Below, in pieces: positions 52,701 through 64,000 of a stretch of DNA of 64,000 nt. The position numbers and the translations under genes were made by a program. Position 1 is the stretch's first letter. Every line of letters begins with the position of its first letter. The stretch is from contig NC_135252.1 in the NCBI RefSeq assembly GCF_964204865.1, forward strand, positions 4,774,001-4,838,000, in the 5' to 3' direction. Source of the stretch: Styela clava. Lineage: Eukaryota. Below the pieces are notes generated by a model. That model did no database searches. It was given only the letters and a program-made list of their open reading frames with translations, and was not told where the DNA came from.

Positions 52701-53408
52701 AAATCTTTTATGTCTGCGGAACTAAGGGATTTTCTGCTGAAACGTGGTGTAGCCACCAGTCAATCCTCGCCTTATCACCCAATTGGAAACTCCCAAGTTG
52801 AACGATTCAATGGAATCATATGGAAAGCCGTGCGTTTATGCTTGCGTACATATAATCTGCCTATCACACATTGGGAATATGTGTTACCGAAAGCTCTTCA
52901 ATCGCTCCGATCTTTGCTTTGCACAGCAGTCAATGCAACTCCACATGAACTATTTTTCAACTTCCAACACCGCTCTCCCAGTGGTCATTCAATGCCTACC
53001 TGGTTGTGCGAATCAAAACATGCTTTTCTGCGGAAATTCGTTCGTTCGCACAAAAATGACGATTTGGTTGAACAAGTGGAACTAAAAAATGTGAATCCCG
53101 CATATGCTCGAGTTCGTTTTTCTGATGGGCGGGAGAGTACGGTATCGTTAAGAGACTTGTCCCCTTGTCCAGTCTCCCAACGATCTTCAAGTCACGATAG
53201 AGAGTCTCAAGACTTTTCTCCTGAAGATAGTGAAACACGTACTAATGCGTCACCACTAAATGATGGATGCAACGTCGACCGAAATGAAGAGTTCAAAATT
53301 GAAATTCCAATTAGCTCTGACAATGCTAATAATGAAAGGATTGCCACACGTCGTTCAACTCGAACTAACATTGGTGTTCCACCAGAACGCTATGGTTTTG
53401 AAATATAG
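49785..53408 (+). CDS. Gag-Pol polyprotein, 1207 aa (Gag, protease, RT, RNase H, integrase)
   Basis: Two Zn knuckles (CIFC..H..C, CYKCDKKGHFAKVC), protease LIDTGS, RT (DLKSAYHQ, PFG, YLDN), RNase H (CDAS, EKE, TDQ), integrase HHCC plus D-D-E (SMDF, HSDRG, VERFN); Gypsy domain order. Confidence 0.97.
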   Translation: MDASMKPVRLDLNLNSPSAAKEWKHWRKTFENYIEELEMSVQEGQSVNKLKRLINSVSHNVYEYIEDVDAYSKAMEVLHNLYVKTPNEIFARHLLVTAKQQTGQSIDEFLQTLRNLSKDCNFKDVSAAQYRDELIRDSFINGILSNNIRQRLLENKDLTLELAFSQASSLDLAQRNSSAYEASRIDELQPSALATSETSFDNEGIVTGRITGRKCIFCGYNYHNRQNCPARNANCYKCDKKGHFAKVCRSKMNKSEASSSITASVNPSVHDLQSAPRCLLPATLPVVIAGRNTTALIDTGSSLSFINEKTARMLRLKILPSRENVVMAVQHLQGTTIGSCLTDMIIGSRSYTKVPLKVFRGLCCDLLLGQDFQRQHERVIFPFNGSRPELLVQYESKVCGLAAANYTPASLFSNLMKNCHPIAVKSRRFGALDKEFIAKEVSRMYNEGIIRPSSSPWRAQPLVVKDPLTSKRRLCIDYSQTINIYTELDAYPLPRIDDMVNELAGYSWFSTYDLKSAYHQIPICQQDKIFTAFEGDGKLWEFNRIPFGVTNGVPAFQRIMDEIVEKGNLKDTFPYLDNVTIAGHTKEEHDYNVKKFLDTVKKNNLTLNDAKTVSSVRKINILGYTVGNNSVAPDPERLAPLRELLPPTNSRALQRIIGLFAYYSKWIVNFSDKMRRLRQAKTFPLDCATVQDFESLKREIGNATLSSIDEHVPFVVECDASEIAISATLNQGGRPVAFWSRVLQKSERFYPAVEKEATAIIEAVRKWAHFLARRPFTIVTDQRSVSFMLDNRRRSKIKNNKIQSWRLELASFSYDVRYRPGKQNAAPDALTRSTCASVFPTSLQEIHEGLCHPGVTRLLHFVKSKNLPFSTDDVKRTCKLCRVCAELKPKFYSPPYGTLIKATRPFERLSMDFKGPLPSRTKNVYMLTIVDEYSRFPFVFQCTNLSSASVISCLEKLFALCGLPGYIHSDRGKSFMSAELRDFLLKRGVATSQSSPYHPIGNSQVERFNGIIWKAVRLCLRTYNLPITHWEYVLPKALQSLRSLLCTAVNATPHELFFNFQHRSPSGHSMPTWLCESKHAFLRKFVRSHKNDDLVEQVELKNVNPAYARVRFSDGRESTVSLRDLSPCPVSQRSSSHDRESQDFSPEDSETRTNASPLNDGCNVDRNEEFKIEIPISSDNANNERIATRRSTRTNIGVPPERYGFEI

Positions 53409-53418
53409 ACGGGGAGAA

Positions 53419-53720
53419 TGTTATGAGAATTAAGTTCAGTTATTCCTGTTGCAGTGTGCTACACTTTGTTTATATTCCGTCATTAGTACATTATCGTTCT
53501 TTGTGTTGTGATCACTGATTATCGTCAAGCGACAACGGACTGCATTTGCCTTACTGCATTAGTTACGTGCCGTTACGAGTATTAGACGGTAGTCCGATTA
53601 AGTTTGGCTATACTTAGTGACTCAATGTAATTATGTTGCATGTTCTTGTGTTTAGGTTAAGATGCGTTTTTAGTTTCTTAAAGCCATAATTTTGGTTGTA
53701 ATAAATAAACTGTCATAACA
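53419..53720 (+). repeat. 3' LTR
   Basis: Direct copy of 49459-49760, preceded by the PPT. Confidence 0.95.
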
Positions 53721-54907
53721 ATTTAACAATCACAGTCAGACAACTGCACCCTGCCAACCACAGCACCAGCTATCAGGCCACCCAAAAAAGAACAGATCGA
53801 CAGTGTCACAGCGCCCCCAGTGTCTTCAATACCAAAATACCAAATATGGAAACGACATCACATGACATCATTTAACAGATAAAACAAGGGTCGTCCACTG
53901 TATTAGCCTACAGACAGAACGTCAAAATCTGACAGTTCTGGTAATTATTATTATGGTTCTATCATGCGGAAAGTGGGGAAGAAGAAATAGCGAATCAGAT
54001 CTGACTCGTGAAAGGTTCAAAGCCACAATTCCCGTTTGTACTTTTTGTAAAACTAAAATACAATACTAAAGGGAAATTTCTTTATGCTCAACTCTTAGTA
54101 ACTTCATGGATCGAGTAAACTCATCCGTTTCGGGACGAATTACCAACATTAATATATAGCCTATAGCGTTGTGATGTTGCTACTTCCTGATTCAAATGAC
54201 CTTTTAACCACAATGTGTTTTTGATTCTCTGTGTATGTTTAGTTATGAATAATGCAGTGCTTCCCGTGGCTTTTGCCTAATTTTACCATTTTATAAATTA
54301 TCGCGTAAAGTTATGACAGGGCAGTATCAGAGTTATTATGTACATAGTAAAGACTGAATACCGCCGAACGGAGCACAGATAGTAAGTAATCAGATAGTAC
54401 TGAACTCATCCCAGCCCAGTGTAATTATCTACAAGCTGAAAAGACAAGAAAGCCGCGTACTTATACTTTGTTTTTATATAGTTTTTTTTTAAATAGAAAA
54501 GTCGAGGATCTGAAGCCAAACAAGTTGTTGTCGTTATATTAACATACAGTTTTATAGAAAACTTCATCCAAGAGTCGAGGGAATTTTTCATTGATTCGCT
54601 CCCGTTCAATCAGCACATTGAACATCAATAAAACTGAAGCAATATTTCTAAGCTGAAACGATTCGATTGTTTGCTAATGGACCAACACGAACTGTCAACA
54701 AGTAACACCTTCCTGTCAACAAGTGACACCTTTACCACCTATGCAACAGAGTTAGTATTAAATTATATATATATACTATTTGCTGAGTCCCCTTGATTCT
54801 CTTTCGTTCACCACACTCACTGAAGCTATTTACGATGGGTAGCTATTTTTTTAACACCGTCAATATAGTTCTTCCTTCACATATGGCACTCATCACTGGT
54901 TTCCCGC

Positions 54908-55112
54908 AGTATCCGGAAAATTCGCCGTAGGAAATTTCGCCGCATAGAAAAAATCGCATGTGCATTTTGCTGTTAAACAAGTGTTCAAAACAGTTATGTT
55001 TATAGGGTTAGGGTATGCTCTTAAATAAAGAATCTTTTTTAAATAAGGCGATTCCTCATATGGCGGTTTTTCTTATGCGGCGAAATTTCCTGCGGCGAAT
55101 TTTCCTAGAACC
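54908..55112. mobile_element. Mutator-type MITE
   Basis: Inverted ggaaaattcgccg repeats; flanks gtttcccgc / gtttcctgc (8 of 9 TSD). Confidence 0.78.
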
Positions 55113-55175
55113 GTTTCCTGCATCTCCTTCTTGGCTGAACTATTTTATTATTTAGTGATACGTTTTTATTTTCAG

Positions 55176-58100
55176 GTTTTATGAACGGTCTTTCGGTGAT
55201 GGCTTCATCATTGGATTCGGTATTTTGGTGTTTTTACTTATGATATTTGGAATTTTATCAAACAGCTTGGTAGTTATTGTGATTCAACGAACACGAGAAT
55301 TAAAAAAGTAGGTACTCCTACCCATATACGCTATACCGGTAAAAAAATCATTTTGTTCTTATTTATATAACATCTCATTTAATCTGAAAAAGGCATTTAA
55401 TATTTTCTGCGCCAAATTATTATAATAATGAGTTATTCTTATGCATTAATATGTAGGAAATTCACACCATAATTTCCAATGTTTTTGTTAAAAATGGTCA
55501 CTTGCTGAGGCTGCAATACAATTTAAAACAAACTTGATAAACTCAAATTTAATTTTCCGACTATTGTATTCTAAGATCGACGTTTGTTTATAGGTCTCAC
55601 TTCATGACTATTATTTGTTCTCTTTGCATCTCCGATTTGATGTCTGCAATGATCAGTCCATTTTTCTGGTATCGAAGATCATTGGGTTATGACATTTGGA
55701 ATCTGCCAAACTTCTTCTGTGAGGTATTATAAGTTTTTATGATTTGAATACTGAGAGAATATGAATATTTGAGCAATTTGTCATTTGAGTAATGTGACAA
55801 ATCTTACTATCCAAGAAAAGTTAATTCATATTTCGAATCAGCTCAGTTAGACCGGGTTTACAATTTTGTTTGTAAATACGTGTTTTTCCAATTATTAAAT
55901 TTACATTAACTTCCATCCTATATTAGAATCTACCATCTTTTGGCAAGTCCCACACGACAAGTATTCCAATCCCATGCAAAACTGTAGAAATAAAATAAAA
56001 AGAAATGTGAGGTGCCAGAATAAAAACACTTTTTGTTTATACCGTCCGTTTCATCTGTTGTGAATGTTACGATATTTAGGTATTACTCATTTATTTCCGT
56101 TTTACTTCAGCTATTTTGGGCGGTTGATATCATGACATCATTGTCAACATCTATGCATGTACTGAGTTTTGCTATTCTACGATACATTGCTATTCAACAC
56201 CATTCTACGTTTGTAAAAGTCTCATCCAAAATAGTCAATGTAAGATATTATAAAGTTTTTAATGCTTTGAAATCGTTACTTTCATGGAAGGCTTGACCCT
56301 TTTTTATCTCACTATATTGAATATGATGACTAATCATAGCGTTTTTGTTTACCATTTGAATTGATCAGACTTCATCAGACATCGGCAAACTACGGCTCGC
56401 AGGCCAAATCCGACCCGTTGAGTAATTCAATCTGGCCCGCTTGATGTTGCCACAACAAAACTAAAAATTCTGATGTTAAGCTATGAAATAGCTCGAGGAA
56501 TATTATGAAATTGCAGTTAAATATAGTTTTGTCAGTTGGCTCATTGTTTTTCACTTTAGCTTTTGTGACACTGTAAATATTTTTTCTAAAATGTAACTTT
56601 TTATGTCACCTTACATGGCCGTGAAGTCTAGGTCTAGGTGGGCACAATTTTTGGCCCTTGGTCCCCTGCTTCAAATGTAAAACAACATGGCAACATTACA
56701 CATCCGTAGAAAAAGTAAAATTGACTTGAAAACCAGCTTCCTGGAGTAATAGCATTAGTCAGAAAATGTTACATGAGTTTTTGTAAATAGTATTTATCCT
56801 GAAATCTACCTGTGACTCATTTAACAAACTCTGACTCTACGACATGTTATCAATTTTGTTCTGATTTACACTTATTCCCGGGTAAACTTACAGAACTGTC
56901 CATAGTCGAGATAGGAATTAATAACAGGGGCAGTCGATTGTGTAGGGTAGTTTCTAAACGGGGTTAAACTGGAGAACCCTCAACTTTTCATTAGGCACAA
57001 AATAAACTAGGTCAAGAATCAAATAATGCTATATCATTTTTATACTATCTTATTTCATGATAGATTTGGATTGCCTGCATCTGGCTGATTGCATTTAGCT
57101 GTGGCTTCATTCCATACTTCATTTTTTTCGAAGCTGATCCAGGCGTTGAGAGAAAAAAATCGGAGCATTCTTGGCCAGCATGTACATTAAAACTTGACTG
57201 GTAATTTGGTTGATTATATTACGTTAAAACAGATTGAGAATTGCATTAAATATAATAAACAAGTCACGCGATGAAACTAAAACATTGTAAAAAAATTAAT
57301 AACAAGCAGTATACATATAACCATGGCGCATGATTGTTTTTCCGGCGTTAAATGAGCTGATAAACTATATAATCTAAGAAGATTTTTAGAAAGCTATTTT
57401 GCATACGCATATTGGATTGGCTGTTCATATTAAATGGTTGTTTATTCATACTAACTAGATGTACATTCATATCACTCTGGTCATCCTTTAAACTAGTGCC
57501 AGGTATAAAAGCTGAGTGGTCTAATTTCTAATCGCCAGACGCGGTCAAATACTGATAAATTTGGCCTATAGTTTAAAGTGAAGTGTAAACAACATAAACG
57601 ATGATTGGGTATAGTGCCTTCATGTTTGGTATTTAGTTGATATAAAAAGTAGCTCGAAATCTTCAGTAGAATATAATTTATTTGCACAGGCTCAAGAGTT
57701 ACAACATCTACGTCGTAGTCGGCTTTACTGTTTTCTTTTTTGTGCCGATGATTCTTATTGTTGTGATGTCCATTTTAATTGCTCATGCGGTTCACGTGCA
57801 CTCCGTTACGTATGTGGTTACCAACGACCAATCTCTCGATAGAAGGATGAAAAAGAAGAAACAAGCAGTTTTACAATTAGTTCTTATTGTAGTGTTATTT
57901 TTTACAGGATATATACCATATGTTAGTAAGTATAATTTTTGTGGTGTTTATTTGTCAATTCATTATTCACGGGCACCATAATGACAATCTCCATTATGTA
58001 TGTTCACTCAAAACGAAGTTACGACTCCTTATTTGAAGGCAAACATGTGGCTTATACACAGATGTTGGCAAACCATTGAAACGCTGGAAGTCACACTTGG

Positions 58101-58666
58101 GTCCACTGGAGCAAAAAAACAACAACAGATACTTTATTGAAGACGAACAGCTTGGGGGAAATGAATTCGGCAAACGGCGGTTATGGAAAAAAGCATTTTA
58201 GGCAGTAGACATTTTAATACAAGACAGTGATTCAAACGCTTACTCGCATATTCTATACTAGTAAGGCTTCTGTATCATAATTACCTATTAAAATGTATAG
58301 ACATAGTTATATGACAGAATTTTTATCATAAATTGCATCAAAACAGTTAAAAATGACTTTACAGGTTACGAAACCTGGTCAAGACATCACCGCAAAGCTG
58401 ATGCTGCTATTGACCACTGGTTTTGCATAGCGCAGTACTTGTTTTTGAGAGCATCAGAATGTTTGAACCCCGTGGTTTACTGTCTCAGTTCTTCAAAAAT
58501 GCGCAAACACATCGGAGTATTCTTACAGAAAACTTGTGCATTCTCAACATCCAATATTAATACATCTACTTCAACACCAGGAAGTTCGACATCACGTTGT
58601 GGGGAACAAAAATCTCGTACTGCAGTATTTAAGAACAAATTTTTGCCGGTTCGAGATAAAAATTAA
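55176..58666 (+). CDS. Orphan class A GPCR, copy 4 (exons 2-7; first coding exon not located)
   Basis: Exons 55176-55307, 55594-55723, 56111-56239, 57064-57200, 57690-57925, 58365-58666; same phases, open frame. Motifs SLCISD, WAVD, LRY, WPAC, FFTGYIP, LRASECLNPVVY. Confidence 0.9.
56376..56660 (+). repeat. hAT-like terminal fragment; second copy at ~61373-61650
   Basis: ggcaaactacgg..ggccaaatccg(a/g)cccgttg.. is shared by both over ~280 bp. Confidence 0.65.
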
Positions 58667-59640
58667 AACAATAATATTGAATGTGATCAATACGTCTAAA
58701 CGTATAAGTCAACTCAATTTGATAAAATCCAGCATTCAAAACTGACAAACAGCCCGATTTAATTTGGAGGAATCCGATCACGTTAAAAAGACGGAAGTGT
58801 TATATCAAACTTATGGAACTAATGGCATGTTGCTCCACATTGAATGCGCATTTATCGTTATTTATCCTTGCCTTGGTTGATAGAATGACAAATGTGTTTT
58901 TTAAATTTTTTTGAAATAAATTAATCAGGCAAGGAGGTAAAAATTACAGCTTAAGATCACCATTTTGATAATTAACAAAAAGCAAAAGTGTGAAAAAATG
59001 CTAAACTGTATTCCGTGCATTGCTCCAAATAACATTATAGTATTGCTTACGTATAGTATTATTACTAATATTTATTCTTTATTCTTTACTCATGTATCGT
59101 TTGCCTGAAAAGCGTCGTATTTCCTGCAAATAAGTCGCTTTTCTAGACCCAAATTTTTGGCCTGATTTGGGGAGGGATGGGGGGGGGGGGGAGTCTTATT
59201 GGGCAAGTATTATAATTTTCATTTTTTCGGGGTTGACTTATTATTCAATTCGGGCCATATAAATGAATCGGCGTTCTCGCGCTGTGAATCTGGAATTTCA
59301 ACGCTGTGAATATCATGTTATCATGTTTGAAGTTGCCGCATTCGCGTGTGCATCGCGACTGAACGGCTATTACCGATACACGTGGGAGTGCAATTTGTAA
59401 AAATTCTCAATTGTTTTTGTCAGCGTGATCTCTTATTTAAGCCATAAACATCTTTTATGTCAGCATTTATTCTCGCTATATCACAAATTTCTCTCAACAT
59501 ATGTTTTGTGCCACGAGGACACGATAAACACTTTATTGTTCCCAAACAACCATGGCACTTGAATAGCGCATGATTACCACCAAGTATATTCATATCGATG
59601 ATAAATAAAGCACAACCGGTGTTAGCAAAACGATATAATT

Positions 59641-59684
59641 TGCCGACGTTTCGAATTTCTATTCAGAAAAACTTCATCAGGGCA
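59641..59684 (-). ncRNA. Mirror copy of the minimal hammerhead ribozyme on the minus strand
   Basis: Exact reverse complement of 59714-59757. Confidence 0.8.
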
Positions 59685-59713
59685 TGATATGGAAAATTGT
59701 GCTTACCATATCA

Positions 59714-59757
59714 TGCCCTGATGAAGTTTTTCTGAATAGAAATTCGAAACGTCGGCA
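59714..59757 (+). ncRNA. Minimal type I hammerhead ribozyme (Penelope-like-element type)
   Basis: tgcc-CTGATGA-stem II (ttct gaat agaa core)-GAAA-CGTC-ggca. Stem I is tgcc/ggca, a palindromic ACGT replaces stem III, and cleavage is predicted after GUC at 59753. Confidence 0.8.
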
Positions 59758-62700
59758 AATTATATCGTTTTGCTAACACCGGTTGTGCCTTATTTATTAT
59801 CGGAAAATAAGTGTTGCAGCAACAGCTCAGACATGTTTTTTAATTTGCAAAAATACGAATCAAAGCAACAAATCGCAGATTAAATTGATCACTATTAAAT
59901 TAATGAAGCAACACATTTTGTTTCTGGAGCCGGGATTTTATAGCAGATCGTGGATTTTTATAATGAAGATAACGAATTCGCAAGAGCGCAAAAATATGTA
60001 TCAAAACCAAATATAATCAGGCAGTTTATCTCACATTATTATGTCTACAGATTGACGTGTTACGTCGAGCACAATTAGATTAAAATTGAAAGACAGTTCG
60101 AATTCCCTTAGTTGTCATGGATTGAATATTATACCCTACAAGAAAAAGTCATTATGGGTTATTTTAACGAATGCGCAAACACCTCGATCGCTCAGAAGCC
60201 GTTGCATGATAATTTGAGATTCCGATTTTACTGCCCGCGTCTTATTGGAAGGTTATATGCAGAAAAAAAACATTTTTCAGGCTTAAAAACGGGCCTCGTC
60301 TTATTTACCGGGTAGACTTATTCGCTGGGAAATACGGTAATTCTGGAATTGTTTGTAAACTACTTCCGGCTGGAAAATAGTTCTAATTCTAAGTCAGGAC
60401 AGCTGTAACGACGTGTTTCGATTTGATGATAAGATTTTGACCAGTTTGTATAAATTTTTATCTTTAATCAAGGGGATTCACATCGAAAATCAGTTAAAGC
60501 TAAAAAGAATAATAAAATGACATTGCACCGTTGCATAAGTATACAACATGCTTAATGAGAACGGCAAAATTTAAAACCGCCGAGACACGCAATCAGCGTA
60601 TATAATTCAATGAAATGAAAATGTTTTATCATCAAGCATCTTCTTATACGTTATTATACTCCATCCAGTGTGAACTGGGTTATCGAGCAGTGTTCTGGAA
60701 ATGTCGGGCAGGAGGGCGATATAGTTGGTGCACACAAATTTTAGTTGAATTGTTTTCTGTGGTAATCAATTCCACTTTGCCTCTGCTTTTTGAACAACTG
60801 CGTCGCACTTCCACCTGCGAGACTCACGTTGATAAAAACCACTATCCACTGACGGAATCTTAACACTGTGTAATCAGAATTTCAAACAAACAAGACTGCA
60901 ATGCTCAAATAAATGGACGCGAAGGTCAAATGACTACGCCAAGTCTGGTTTCAACTAGTGAGGCACTTTCATTAGTACTGTACGGTTTATACATGCTATA
61001 TATATATATTGGAGTGAGTAAAATTCGATAAATTTTAGTCGAGAAAGAAGGTGAAACGACCATACCGACCATATAACTTCAGGTGAAACTACCTATTTTC
61101 GCCGATAATTCCGCCCGTTTAATATCCATGTGACGACAAATTTTTTCACAGTGAGACATATATTTTGCACTCACCATTTTGTGCTTGGTGTAAAAATTTA
61201 AATAGGTAAAATAAGCCGCATTTCATTTGAGAAATACCAATTTGAAATGTTTATTCCCAGGTTAGGAAAAATCTGAGAAATATTTGATTTGACGACGGTA
61301 TGAGGTGAAATTGCTCTGTGACCAATTTCGTGATATGCATTTTATTGCATTGGTCTGCTTACATTCTAGAACTGAAATGGGCAAACTACGACCCTCGGGC
61401 CAAATCCGGCCCGTTGGTAATTCAGTCTGGCCCGTCTGATGCTGCCACAACCGAATTGAAACGAAATTTCGATGTTTTAGCTAAAAAATAGCTCAAGGAA
61501 TTTGTTGAGATTGCGATTAAATATAGTTTTGGTACAAGGCTTATAGTTCTCCACTTTCGCTTTTGTAATCCTGTAAATATTGTTTATAAAATGTAACTTT
61601 TAACGTCACACTTACATGACCAGCCAGTCTAGGTGGGCAAATTGTTTGGCATCTACTACTTCCATCTTCAAGTACTACTTGAAGGTTTAAACGCAGAAAA
61701 GCGATTTTCCACGCGAAAAAGTAGTCTCGACAATAACAAGACCAACAAAACAACAACGATTTAGCAAAACGATCCATATGGCCATTCCGTGTTCAATAAT
61801 GTTTTTGGCTATAGGTTGGCTTCGGGTTTGGTTTACCTCAAAGAATACAGGTGGCGTAAATTATAACGACGCTAAATTGTGGTCGAACATGTGTAGGATA
61901 CTTCTTTGTTACGAATTTTCACCAAGTCATTGATCCGTTCAATTGCACATTAAACCATAATATGAAAGAAACTATTTATATACGTCAGACACGGTTAAGC
62001 TAAACATTACAAAATTAAATAGTGTTTGTCAAATTAATCATTAAAAATCAACTGCACGATGTTTGGTTCGGGAAACACGGATTCTTCCTGAACATGAACT
62101 GCAAATAATTTGTTTCTTGATGCCGTAAAATTGTTTATAATTTAACAAATTGTTTCAAACAAGTAACTACTAAATTTCAGTCCATTTATTTTTCTAGTTG
62201 GCGTCGCTTGAATGACTATGACCAAGCCTACACGATTTATCTTTTACGCGCTTCGTTGCCATTTTTAAGCGAACTGCCTACATTTATTCTTTTATGGTCG
62301 ATATTATGTGACGATCAAAAATTTATACGCTTGAATCACCTTGAGAGCCCAAGTTGTGGATGGGCTTTGTAAGGAAATAAGTTTAATTTGTGTGCTGTAG
62401 CTGTAGAACATACAAGGGAGACATAAGCTTAGAACTTGCGGCATCATAGTCATAATCAATAAGAAGTGTAGATTTTTTTGAAATTTGTAATTTTCTAGAA
62501 ACTACGCTCTGCATGCACTGCCCTCTCAAAAGGATAATCAAAAGTTATTAATTTTCAAAATTGGAATACTAGAAATTCAACTTCACAGCGTTTTAGCGGA
62601 CTTGCGTTTGGGGAGGGACTGAATTCTATCGAGCCCTAAAATACAATCCCGAACTCGATCTAACATTAACTTGTTTTATGAAGATTCGAACATTTAAAAT

Positions 62701-63843
62701 AACAATTCGATCCAAAATATCAATTACCTTAGACAGATCTACAGCCCTGGGGAAACATATGCTTGTTGAGTTGCGGGGTACATTGAGCTAAGATTTCTGA
62801 AACCACGAGAAGAAGTTTTACATTAAACATTGTTCCCCTGCTTGGCAGGCAGTACGCTAAGTATGTAGCAGCACTGATATCTAACCCGTTGTCTGGATTG
62901 CTGTCCAACTGTCTTCTACGCAAGAGTCAAATAGCGATTGGAACATACATCCATACACATTCCTAACTATTAGATTGTATATTCTGCATTTCAAGTAGGT
63001 GGTGCGATAGCCTATATAGTCGATTGGTTTACGCGTTGGGTTAAATCATGTTTACATTGCATGCTTTGTGTTCGTGGACATTATTAGCATCGCTGATTAA
63101 TCAGAAAAGCGTACTGTTTAAAAGTTTTACTAGACTTTCACAGTAGCTTCCATGGTAATTATATTTGACCAATCGATTGTTGACCAAAACTGAGACAGTG
63201 GCATGTTGAAATGAACATTATCACTGGAATATGTGAACAAATGTGATTTATTATAACTATAAATAAGATCAATCAGTATCTATAATTTGGGAAAGTAAAC
63301 CATTTTATAAATAACTATATACGTTGAATTTAGCAGTAACATAATTGACTTTTATATCATCAGTAATCGTTGTCCAATGTCTGTATGAAATAGAATTGGT
63401 ATTTTGGATATTATGGGGAAAAATATTTGCTCACAGCAGTTTACTTTCAAGAACTTTGGTTTTCGATGTAAAGAAGATGAGAAAAATCTATTTTTCAGAT
63501 CACAGGTAAGATATAGTTTATAACGATTGATGAAAGTACAATTTCTGCTTCATGTCTAACTCGGTGACAGTAACTATAGTACGAATAAAAACGATAATTT
63601 TAGTATACCCGTGATTGAGGAATTTTTAGTCCCTTTACCGATGCTATGTGTGACGCCGATATTTATAATAATAATATCAATTTGCTGAAGTTTTGTGTTA
63701 ACAACATTAACCAGTAGTGAATTTAATCGACTAAATTGTAATATTATAAATAGGATTTGTAAAACTATATAATAAAAGATATTAGTGTATTATACATTGC
63801 CCAACTCAGTCGAAATCTTAACCCCCCCTTGTATAGTATAGAC

Positions 63844-64000
63844 CAGGGGTGGGCAAGATTTTTAGAGCAGGGGCCAATTTTGCTCATCTAGACTGGCGGG
63901 CCATGTAAGTGTGACGTAAGGGTAACATTTTATGAACAATATTTACAGTGTTACAAAAGCAAGAGTGGAAAACAATAAGCTTTGTGCCAAAACTAAATTT
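63844..64000 (+). mobile_element. Probable left end of a hAT-like element running off the window
   Basis: caggggtgggcaa..gggcc terminus motif preceded by gtatagac; other end not visible. Confidence 0.4.

Larger units (their letters stand above)
49459..53720 (+). mobile_element. Full-length Ty3/Gypsy LTR retrotransposon, recent
   Basis: 302-bp LTRs at 49459-49760 and 53419-53720 (TGTTATGA..TCATAACA; 2 differences seen), polypurine tract agacggggagaa at 53407-53418, and a single intact gag-pol ORF. Confidence 0.97.
59596..59802. repeat. Near-perfect palindrome: 97-bp arms, 13-nt spacer
   Basis: 59596-59692 is the reverse complement of 59706-59802 with 2 mismatches. Confidence 0.97.
59115..60337. 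mobile_element. Tc1/mariner (pogo-like) non-autonomous element
   Basis: Ends cgtatttcctgcaaataagtc / gacttattcgctgggaaatacgg|TA, with repeated subterminal gtcttatt motifs. Confidence 0.6.

Noticed and set aside
50093-53238. Antisense and alternate-frame ORFs within gag-pol
   Set aside because: Short shadows of the long ORF, with no motifs.
54337-54388. ATG..ATA|gtaagt as exon 1 of GPCR copy 4
   Set aside because: Splicing to 55176 would create an in-frame TAG.

Overview
AT-rich, intron-containing animal (probably invertebrate) genomic DNA, not prokaryotic. The backbone is a same-strand tandem cluster of orphan class A (rhodopsin-like) GPCR genes with identical intron positions. Two genes are complete with 7 exons (7340-11997, 15729-20939; a recent duplicate pair). 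Two more have exons 2-7 intact but exon 1 was not located (30624-35501, 55176-58666). There are also pseudogene pieces (4837-5666, 13214-13549). All receptors replace DRY with LRW/LRY and pair Asp3.32 with an unusual Arg7.43. The cluster is heavily invaded by mobile DNA: (1) two RNase-H-bearing I-group LINE relics; (2) an 8.6-kb foldback-type Mutator (NOF/Rehavkus-like) element whose long TIRs are built from ~185-bp tandem repeats and whose decayed transposase is fused to a Ulp1/C48 protease and a PHD finger, itself nested in another TIR element; (3) a young, intact Ty3/Gypsy element with a YLDN RT motif, no tRNA primer-binding site and an apparent self-priming hairpin; (4) a 207-bp palindrome carrying a minimal hammerhead ribozyme on each strand; (5) many MITEs. 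All calls are from manual reading; no searches were run.
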